Source of the DNA: Bugula neritina
Lineage: Eukaryota; Animalia; Bryozoa
DNA length: 64,000 nt
Direction: 5' to 3'
NCBI GenBank assembly: GCA_964035545.1
Contig: OZ037769.1
Span: 434,001-498,000, forward strand
The notes under the pieces were generated by a model. It did no database searches. It saw nothing but the letters and a program-made list of their open reading frames with translations, and was not told the origin of the DNA. Made by a program: the position numbers and the translations under genes. Below, in pieces: positions 47,001 through 59,000 of the stretch. Every line of letters begins with the position of its first letter. Within the stretch, counting starts at the first letter, position 1.

Positions 47001-50000
47001 ATTACTTATTATCTTTATAAATGCAAGTCTTACAAACAAAAACTGCTAACTAACTTAAAATATTTTTAAAAATTATTTGCTCAAATCAAATATTCTAAAA
47101 CATTGCAGATGACAAGTTCCAGCAAGTCTCCATATTTCTATCAAATACTGAGACTGTATCAACCTCTCCCCTTGACCTTCCAACCAACAATGACTGGACA
47201 GTTTTACCTTCAACATTCAGTTTGACAGCAGATGGTGATGACTTTGTGACCAATGTAACGTCATCACAAGATGGGAGTTTAATGGAAGCTAGACACATTG
47301 CTGTGTACAGTACAAGTAGTAGTGGTTTAATAATCAATGAAGTAGAGGTCTATGGGTATGGTGAGTGTGGAACTTTACTATATAATATATATCACATCTA
47401 ATATAAATTGTAATAACAATTATTATAAGTTTTTTTGTTTTTTAATATTGTTGCATGATGTACCATTCTATTCTAAAAAATTGAAGTTCTATATTATAGG
47501 CATTTTAAAAATTGTTGGTTTTTAAAATAGCAAAAGCATCAACATGTTTGCCACGTTTTCAGTCTTATAACTTTTATATTGAAAGAACAAGCAGGCCTAT
47601 TATATTATATATGTTTCACTTCACCCAATTTATTGTCTTTTTGTTTTATATGAATAATTATAGTGAAATTACATTTGCGACCTCCCAGCATCATGACAGC
47701 CTTTCACAAGCTATGAGCATAGATTTTTTTTACAATTTCTTTCATGCACATATACATTATTTCAGCATTTGGAAAATGATTTTCTAAATACATGCATGGC
47801 AGGCAAGTTGCATGAATAAATGCATCTTTTATTTTTACTGCCTACACTATAAATATAATATATTTATTTCCCAGAAATCATTGAAAGCTTGAGCAAAGTT
47901 GATGTTTGTTGTATTATAGAAGTATTTACTCTGAATGTGGCAGTTGGAAATAATGTTCGAAAGAGCTCACTGTTTCATGATAAAAGGAAAGCTGAAAATG
48001 CTAATGATGGAATTATAAATGGCAATGATTACTACAGATCTAAAAATAATGTTAGAAATCAGTGGTGGAGAGTTGACCTTGGCACTCAGTACTTTATTGT
48101 GGGAGCTCTGGTGTACAACCGAAAACCTATAGGTATACTTATTGGTTATTATACAATAAAAACTAAAACAAGTCTAATAAAATGAAAATAACATATGCCA
48201 TTAACCTACTGGTTGTTTTGTCCAAAATCAGCAGTTTATGGTGAGAGTTATCATATACAAACAAGTCAGACATTGAAGTCTCACAAAGTAATATTGTGAA
48301 TCATAGATAACCGTGTTAGGCCTGCTTACACCTTTATAGCTATATTGTAATTTAATGTTATAATTATATAGTCATAGGAAAAAGCTTTTCATGAAGTTCT
48401 GGTTTTTTCTCAAAGTGAAAATGCTTACATAGGTAAATAATCTATTGAATGAAAATATTTTTTTCAGCAGTTATTCAATTCTCTTACAGTAAAACCTTGT
48501 ATATTTCAAATATTACAGCCTTGAAAGTAATTGTATAAACTTTTGATTGAATGCCTATAATTGCTATAAAGAAAAATTAGCTTAACACCCTCATAAAATC
48601 ATAAAATATATAAGCTACAGCATGCACTCCCTCCATCTCTCACCAATTCATTTCTTACAAAATTCCATCAATTGTAAGAAGGGCTTAAACCCTTGTTTTA
48701 TGGCTTATAAAATTTTTTTTGTCTGGGCTCGAACCAGATGCTTACTATATGCAAACGCGCTAACTCCTATAGACCTTGACTGCTCCGTTTTGTGGCTTAT
48801 GTTATAATGTGTGTATATAGAGACAACATGGCAAAATTTAGTGTTTAGTGTAACTTAAATCTGGTAATCTAATATGCCATGGTTTTGGAACACACAGTTT
48901 AGCTTTTCATATGTGTAATATATATAAAATATTATATGTATAACTGCATGTATGAGTAATTGTAAAATTCATATAATAGCCTACTATCTTAATATACTTG
49001 ACATTTTTGCAACCAGACGGACTTTTTTGTGAGATTCTCATGTTATGCAGTTGCAAGTAAATCATAATTCAAGCTTTAGCAACGGCAACTATAAAGTCAT
49101 GAGAAATTTCAAGGATGTATAATAAAACGAACACCTTGTAATGCAACATGTAATTAAAATACGTTTTGGTGAAGGATTAGGTTCAGCATTTTCTTCCAAA
49201 TCACTGGTTTATAACTTATAGTTTTTTATTCATTATTTCTAGCACCACGCCTTCAAAAATCTTACCTATTGGCTGCCAACACAGACATAGATCCTGACCC
49301 AGACAGCACTGAGTGGACTCAGTTATACTATCAAAATGGAGAGATTACTCATTCTATTCCTAACAACTACTTCCAGTACAACCCTATAGATGAGGGAGAT
49401 CCTCTCTCAGTATACAGATATGTTGCTGTTTACTCTACATATTCTGACGGTTTAGCTATAAGTGAAGTTCTGGTATTTGGAATTGGTAAGTTTATATCTA
49501 GCTAATATATATAAGATGCTAATAAATGAGGCCACAATTGCACTAAAAAAGTGAAAATGGCAATCTTTATTATATATCCAATAGAAAATTTAATACAACT
49601 ATTATTATTATATTATTATTTATTTGAACAAATGGCAACTGACTAAAATTATTCAAAAGTTTAAAAATTTAAAAGTTCAGCACTCAACTAAGCAGATCAA
49701 TTATTAGTTATAAGAAATTATAATTTAATATTTCAGGAAAGTCAGAGTTGCTGGTAAAAACTCTGAAAGCAGAACCCAAAGACCCAGACTGTGTGGAAGT
49801 AAACTGGGAGACTCCTTTAACTGATACCTACACTTTTCACTATCAGGTGAATACATGTGTAACACTTTTCACACTTGTGATAAAGAAGAGTTGAAAAATT
49901 GGCTATACTATAGTAAATAAATTTTGCTGCATTTATTTAGCAATACTCCCTTTAATCTTTGCACATGAGAAGTTGATTCATTGTGTATATATATATATTT

Positions 50001-53000
50001 CACATTATAGTATTGTAATGTTAAGTGTCTTAGCTGCATCAAGTGAAGATTCTGTAATGTTTTATATTTTCACTTTTAAAGTAAAGTTTATATAGATTTC
50101 ATTTGAAAATTTATGCGTATAAAATAATAATATTTAAATAATTTTATGCTTGTAAATAAGGAAAGTCATCTTCTTGTTTAGTCTAATCACTTCATTGAAG
50201 AACTTAAAAGTTTACAGTAGAAGTATGCTTTAAATTTTAAACACTGAACAATTACTATAGTTGAGTTGTGATTTTTCGATGATTCTTTTTATCACTTAAA
50301 ATTATTGCTAAAATTGCTGTTTAATTATAAAGTTGTCAAAGTTCACAATACAAGTATCACAACTGGCAGACAGCAAATAAATTGTACACTGCAGCAAACG
50401 TAAATTTCTGCAGGAGATACTTTGATATCTGCAGCTACGTTGTATAATACGACATTATTAGGTCATATAATTAGCTTTATTTTTAGTTAATAAGTTTGCT
50501 TTAGAACTTATTATAAGGTGCTGTACTTTAATATAGCAAATATAGCATGCAGTTTGCATAGTTTATATAATAAAACAGCTTTTACCTTTTCTTCACCGCG
50601 CAGTCTGCATCCATCAGTTTAACTACATATACTAATGCATGTGTGTATATTATAACAGGTGAGATATGACTCTGGACCATGGAAGGACACAGATACCAGT
50701 CTATCTGATGAAGAATGTAGATTCTCAGCGTACAAGGAAGTAGAAGTAGAAGTTAGAGTAGTTGGATCTGATAAAACTGAGAGTACATCTCTTACAACTA
50801 ACTGTGCAGGTAAATGCTGTGAAATGATATAAAATGAATAAATGATAAACAAATTAAACAATTAAAAACTGCCCTTGAAGACTTTTTTGCCACGTGTGCT
50901 TGGTTAGCTACAGTTCATAGAACCATTTTGTAAGTAAATAAAATGTTCTCATTACATTTTAAATTTATGTAAAAGTAAGCATTAATATTTTTAAAATTAC
51001 CTTGTGAGTACTATTACATTTGAAAATTTGGCATTAGAAAAACTCAATAATTTATTACCAAGCTCTTAGTTTTCAAACTTGAAAATATTATATTACCTGC
51101 ATGGTATTACCTGTTTTTTACAAACAGGAATTTTCTTTGACTATAATATAGCTGTTTATGAATAAGCAGCATTGCTTAAATTTAATATAATAAGTCTTTT
51201 TGTTGTAAAATATCTATATATTTTATTATGAATGGAACAACTGTTATATACAGTATATAATTTTGATGCCCTTTTTGATGAAAAAGATGCTACTATGTTT
51301 TCAAGAAAGGCTTACATCATTTTTTCAAATTAGCTCGCTATCAAAGCACATTCAGATTCCATTGTATTCATGCAGACCCATCAAAGCCCAGAGAAGACAA
51401 CTTACAACATGTAGAAGTTACCAATTCCGGAAAGACAATGTGGAAATACACTATTTCTTGGAAGGTTTGTGCTTGTTTTGTATGCACATGAATAAAACAT
51501 ATTTGGGTTATATATTCAACCTGAGCGTGCCCTGATTAGTTAGAATTTAAATGCAGCTATACTTTCTATAGAAACTATGCTTTTACAATAAATACCTTGC
51601 TGATGTCAGCCATGAAACATTATTTAAAAAATCAGCTTGTAGCTTAGTAGTGTGTGTTGTTACTACTATATTATATATCAAATTATTCACTATATATTGT
51701 ATCCCCCAGGCACCTTCTGCCATAAACTGTGAGAGTATAGCTGAATACAAGATAAGATATCCAGATAAGACATCAGAAGAAATAGTGACTACAGACACAA
51801 GTTATGAAGTGTATGTTGATGGTGGAGTTAAGTTTACTCTCTCTGTCAGAGCTGTTAATAATATGGGTCTTCATTCTGATTATCTTGTCATTACAGAGAC
51901 TTCTCCGGAACTTGGTAAGGAGTTGAATTGGGAAAATACATCACATTTCCAACATCGGTTCAAATTCACACAAACTATTGTGTTTTTATATCTGTTAGTG
52001 CTTATAGGCTTTCTAATTTCTAGTGCAATGTTATATTCTCAGCGCCACAGTGGGGATCAGCTACCGTTACTATAGAAACACTCAACAGCTCCTGTGTAGA
52101 ACTAACATGGAGTAGACCAGAGTACCCTGGGGGTGACATCACAAGCTATCAGGTTTGTCGTATATAATAAAATAGTTTCAGTCACTTGTTTATAAACTGA
52201 AACACTATATTCAGAGTGAACCTGCTCAGTTGCTTCTTTCTACCTATTTTATCTTTTTGTACTTGTTACAGTCATTACCTATAATGGGGAATTATTCAGA
52301 AAAACTCTACACTGTATTCAGTATTTAATTTATGTAACATATATACAACTTTCAGCTTACATGTACAAACATGGCCGCCATGGGCAAGCTACCCTCAACC
52401 TCTACAAGTCATACTGTGTGTGGATATTCAGCTTATACTTTAGTTAAGTGTATCATCAGTGCTGAGAACAAAGCTGGATTTGGAGAGTCTACAGAGTTTA
52501 ATCCTGTCTACACAAGCTGTGAAGGTTAGTTGTTGAAATACATCAGTGTCTTAATAATAATATCATACTTACCATAAATTCAAGTTTTCCCATTCAGAAT
52601 AACATATAAAATATCTTACAAGATTTTATGGTGCAGCTGTTTAAAATTACAAGCTTAGTGACCCAGAGCTGTTAAATATTTTAGCTCCTGTTTTACACCT
52701 GCCTGCAAATCTCTCTTCACTTGTAAAACAACAAAGTTCAAGGAATTCAATAAGAATATTTCTCAATATATCAGATGGGGTGAGTGAAGCTTTGAGACCT
52801 GTTTGTTCCAAGTTATATACAAGCCACATTATAGCTATATTGTATTCGCAGCTTTTATATTAGCCAATAAAAATTATATGTTATTTTAATTGCTGTAAAT
52901 TTTAAAAACTTGATTTTGAAACATTTTGATGTTGTTATGTACTTAAATCAAAAATCAAGTCATCTATTAGACTACAAGCTTTGATTTCCGATACAAAACA

Positions 53001-56000
53001 ATTTGCTAAGCATTCCTATATAACATGAATAGATATATACGTTTTCTAGTTTTATTTTCAAGCCTGTCCATTATCATACAATGATCAATATAACTTTGTT
53101 GCTTTTCTAGAACGTAACAGTAAACTGCGATGAGCTGACTCAGTTAGTATACAGAGTGGATACAGAGACTGAGTATACAGATGTTGGTGACTATACAGAA
53201 GGTTTAGAACCTGGTACAGAGTATACAGTGGAAATCAGGGCTGAGAACAATGCTGGCTTAGTTACAAATCAGAACTTTGACATTGTCACTACAGAGATAG
53301 GTGAAGGTATGATCAGCTAAAATATTTTATTAAACTTAAAAAAATAATAAAAGTATAACAACTAAAGAACAGATTTCTTATTATAATATTCACATTTGTT
53401 TAATCAATGAACCTATTTAAGAGTACACAACTCTTAAGAAAAATGAGCTTGTAGTTGCATCAACAAAATCTCCAAAACCCGGTTCTTGCAACGGTGGATG
53501 TATCGGTGGAGTTATCGGTGGAGTTGTGGTAGGAGTGGTTGTAGTTCTGGTGGTGGTCTCAATTCTGGTGTACAGAAGAAGGTCTGTTATAGTTGTTCCT
53601 GTCAAAAATATATATACTGTATTTTTTATACATAAGTTCAGACTCTTGACATTATAGTTATAAAAATGTGTCATTTTATACCAGTAACATTGCAAGCATT
53701 TCTTTTAAGGAGTCAAAAGTTACGAGCTTCTTTTATTTATATAACCTACAAACAAGTGTTTTTGCATGTCTATAAATTTATTTGCAAATTAAAATAATTT
53801 TAAAAGCGCTTACGAATAGTTATTTGTGTTGAGAGATTTTCATCCAATTGAATAATAATTTAAACACATTAGGGGAAACCTGGGTGATATGAACCACCCG
53901 GGTGTTATGGACCATGCATGTTTTGCAGTGTCCAAGGTTACCAGAAAGTTGTAAAGTATCTTATTGGTTAGAAATAGGAATATCTAACATTCTGTCTACA
54001 TGTTTCAAACTTGTCTCTTTGTCTTAGAAAATAAAGACACATTTTCTCTTATTGCTCGTTTTCTTATAATTTTTCATAACTTTTGAGGATCTATTTTCTT
54101 TGAAAAAAAATTACCTGAAGTAAGGAGCCTGTATTTACAGGTAATGTGTGGGGGGATATGTATAAATACCCAAATAGTATATATAATACTTGTCCACTCT
54201 CTGTAGGAATTCAAAATTTTTGGTGACATGATTTTTGGGTGATATGGACCGCCACTTGAGGGGTGATATATGGACCGTGGACCATATCACTCAGCTAATT
54301 GAATTTTTCTTTTCATATACTTTTTTAAAGAGAAATAATACTATTTCTCAAGTATTTCAAACAATGCTAAAGCATTAAACCCTTAAATATTGATTAGACA
54401 ACATTATAGCCAATTGCTGTAGAATGTGTACTTGAAATATTCATACTCATGCAATGTATTTTAGATGCCAAGATATTCTTCCAAAAATATTTGAAATGCT
54501 TAGGGTTAGGAGACACCAAAAAAAGCTGTTACACACTTATTTCAGATCTATTGTTTTATGTTACTTTTTAATATAGCAAAATGCATTTTCAACACAAAAA
54601 AGCTGACTTTATGTGACGGAGTCTGTGGTGGCCCATATCACCCGAAATTTCAAAAAATCTCCGGGTGATATGGTCCACCAATTTTCAATCATAGCTCAGT
54701 CAAGCATCTGTATAGGAGCTTCAAATTATGTTTGCATGTTAGTAGAGATAGCACCCACATGTTGAAATACTAATTTTTAATCAACCATAGTCAGTATGGG
54801 CTGTGGGCTTAAGTGGCCCATATCACCCAGGTTTCCCCTATATAGTTTTTATGATCAGTTTTATATCTTCAGGTTTATGCTGCAGAGCAGAGTCTATATG
54901 TGAAAAGCAAACGTGTAATTTATTTATTTTCTAACTTGACAATATTATATTACCTTTTAGTTCATATTTCCAAACTTGCACAATTATATAACTTAGTGAC
55001 TTCACTTGTTCTTCAACAAAAATTTTCATGCTTGATTTAATCAGTTTAACTTATTTTTAGCCAAGTTGTCATTTTTATGGAATGTCTTGAAACATATTTT
55101 TTAGAACCCAAATTAGAGAGAATCAGAGCAAGCTTAAGAACATTTCTTTAGGTATGTGTAATAATTCTATCTCTTCAATACAGCATATTTCTGTCATATA
55201 TTTTGTTCCTATAAAAATCAAACTCTCTTTCATGCAATGCTAACAGATTTATTTGAATTGAAACCAAATTTTTTGCAGATGAGTCTGGTTATCAAAACAT
55301 ACAGCACATAAACAATGAAGTAGGTGATGCCGGAGTTGTCCTTCCTCATAGGACTCCTCGACTGGAAAGAGTAACAAATACAATAAGCATAGCCCCTGTT
55401 GAGCTGCCAGAGATGAGAGACTCTATGCTGCCTCCACAACGCCCTATACCAGTCAGCAGGCTAGCTGACTATATTGAGAACAACGAGGCCGGCATCATTG
55501 ATCAGTTCCAGGTGAGTCATGCAGTTGTCCTGATACTATGATTATGTATAAGTAAATAGTTACTGCATGTAGTGTTTAGATTATACCCAGTAGTTACAGT
55601 GGTGTAATGGTTAGCACGTCTGGTTGCAAGACTAGAGTTGTCGGGTTCAAATCTCACTGGCAGCAATTATTTTAAGGTTACTATAAGAGCATTTGTAGCA
55701 AAATAGTTTACTTTGTGTAAGTTGTACTGAAGTTTGTTATTGCATATTCTTTCAACTGAATTTATTATTATATAGCATATAAAATAATTAATACTGTGCA
55801 CACAATTCAATCTAATAAAAAGTAATGAAAGACTTAGCTGCAAAAACCTTATTCAAAGGAAATAACACAGTCTTTTATATATATCTAAAGTTGACTTTTA
55901 AACTGTGCGATAGACTTTGATAAAAAAATTAGTAGCTTATATAATTATAAAACTGAGATACATCCAAAAAATTGCTGGAAGGTCTATAAAACGATAACAT

Positions 56001-59000
56001 AATATAATATATATGCATATTTGTAGGAGTGTACCTTATTATGTTCAATGTTCAGAAACTTCTCTTTCTTTGTTTTAGTAACACATTAGACCAATTACTG
56101 CACCTTGATCTCATTGCTATTCTCTGAAATGAATTAAATACTATTTAATATTTGTTTCAGTTTTTCTTTCATAAAAATTATGCAAAATATTCATACAAAA
56201 ATTATTCTTTTAATATTCTTTACATGAATACTACAAACTAAATAATGTTAAATATTTACAGATGTTAGAAAAACTTCCAAAACCTAACATGAGTGTTGCA
56301 CAGCTGTCAGAAAATGGCGGAAAGTGCAAATACATTGGATTATATCCAGGTGGGTTTATCTATAATACATTGGATTATATCCAGGTGGGTTTATCTATAA
56401 TACATTGAATTATATCCAGGTGGGTTTATCTATAATACATTGGATTATATCCAGGTGGGTTTATCTATAATACATTGGATTATATCCAGGTGGGTTTATC
56501 TATAATACATTGGATTATATCCAGGTGGGTTTTTCTATAATACATTGGATTATATCCAGGTGGGTTTATCTATAATACATTGGATTATATCCAGGTGGGT
56601 TTATCTATAATACATTGGATTATATCCAGGTGGGTTTATCTATAATACATTGGATTATATCCAGGTGGGTTTATCCATAATACATTGGATTATATCCAGG
56701 TGGGTTTATCTATAATACATTGGATTATATCTAGGTGAGTTTATCTATAATACATTGGATTATATCCAGGTGGGTTTATCCATAATACATTGGATTATAT
56801 CCAGGTAGGTTTATCTATAATACATTGGATTATATCCAGGTGGGTTTATCTATAATACATTGGATTATATCCAGGTGGGTTTATCTATAATACATTGGAT
56901 TATATCCAGGTGGGTTTATCTATAATACATTGGATTATATCCAGGTGGGTTTATCTATAATACATTGGATTATATCCAGGTGGGTTTATCTATAATACAT
57001 TGGATTATATCCAGGTGGGTTTATCTATAATACATTGGATTATATCCAGGTGGGTTTATCCATAATACATTGGATTATATCCAGGTGGGTTTATCTATAA
57101 TACATTGGATTATATCTAAGTGAGTTTATCTATAATACATTGGATTATATCCAGGTGGGTTTATCCATAATACATTGGATTATATCCAGGTAGGTTTATC
57201 TATAATACATTGGATTATATCCAGGTGGGTTTATCTATAATACATTGGATTATATCCAAGTAAATTATTTTAAAACATTAAGGATTTTCTATTTGATATA
57301 CGTGCATTTAAATCATTTTCGTGTTTTTATATTTTCAGCACAAAGCTAGTAAGCTGAATGCCAAGAATCAATTATTTTTTAGTTTAGTTTCAATAAATAT
57401 TTAAGGCACTATTCTAGTCCCTTTATTTTTAGAATGTTTTCAATAATTAAAAATACTATTGTTCACTTAATAAACTGACAAGAAAGAAATATTGAAACAG
57501 TGGCACATAATCTTTAACATTTTGTTACATAATACACAATAATATGTTATTATATTGTTGTCTTTGAAACACCATAGTTATATGCGATACTCTAAACAGA
57601 GTTTGCAGGTTCTCTTTCCTACGCTCAGGTCACCTTTCTGCGTCTCTGTTTCAGAGGACAGTACCAGAGTAATACTAAACAGACCAAGAGAAGAAGGAAC
57701 TGACTTCATAAATGCCAGTTACATCCAGGTAGAGTATTCTCCTTCATGTAAATGCCTTTCAGATGAGTACTTGTTTCACCAGCAAAGTCTGTCTGTACTG
57801 TGTCTGTAATTTTTATCAATCAACTTTATGCTGAATTCACTCAACATAAAAAGTGCTACAGGTATGAAACACTTAGACAAATATGTTTTAATGCTCACTT
57901 CGCATAGTTCTATATCTATATACATCTTTACTACTATACTTGTTTGTTTAGTGCTATAACTATATACATCTTTACCAGTATACTTGTTTGTTTATAGGGT
58001 TACACCAGTGATGATATGTTTATAGCTGCTCAAGGTAAGGCTGTGTTAATATAACAACTCACCATTTCTAACATAGCATGCTCATGAATTCACTGCTATA
58101 ATAGCTAACCTGTTAATTCCTTTGTTATACACCAACTAATGTGTTTTGTTCTAAGATGCTATTAAGTTATAGTTTTAATTTTATTATAAGGCCTAATACG
58201 TTTTAACCTTTTTAAAATTTAATTAAGAGCAGCTTTATCGTTTTTGTATTTTAACTGCCGATCCGATTTGGCTTGGATAATCAGGTTAATTCTTTTGATT
58301 GAGCAACTATGAATAAAACATTGTGGCTTTTGCAAAGTGTATGTTGATATATAGTTATATCTGTTTCACCAGGTCCCCAGCCCGCAACCGTTGATGATTT
58401 CTGGCTAATGATATGGCAGGAGAGACCTAAGGCTATAATTATGGTGACAAATCTATTTGAAAATGGGAAGGTACAACAACTCCAAACGCTTCTCATCCTT
58501 TCCAAACTAATACATTTTGATCAGCATAAGTTCACCCAATACGCAAGACGAGTTATACACACGCATTTACATTATACCATTGTGCTATTGGTGCTATTTC
58601 CTTTGTTTTGTTTTTCTTCTTGTAGGCAAAAGCTGTACAATATTGGCCTGACCAATCAGGAAGCAGTTGTGTGTTTGGTGACCTCAAAGTAACCTTGACT
58701 ACCTGTGAATGTCTAGCTGATTACGTCATCAGAACTCTGAACATTGAAAAGGTACATCATCCCCTGAAGAGTTGGTTTACTGCTACTTCATCCTAAATAT
58801 TTATATATAACTGGTAAACAGTTTATGGTGAAATTATCTTAATCGATTGAATGTAAAGACAGCAAACACTAGCTAGTTTCACATTCTGTCATACATGTGT
58901 GTACTCTAAAACAAAGATATCTGTAATTATGAATAAAACGTTAATAACATTTGTTTTATTGAAGAAAAGACAGTTATTAAATCATAAATGTTTGATTTGA

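Noticed and set aside
56329-57260. CRISPR-like 35-bp repeat array
   Set aside because: Units are contiguous with no unique spacers, the context is a eukaryotic intron, and there are no cas genes.
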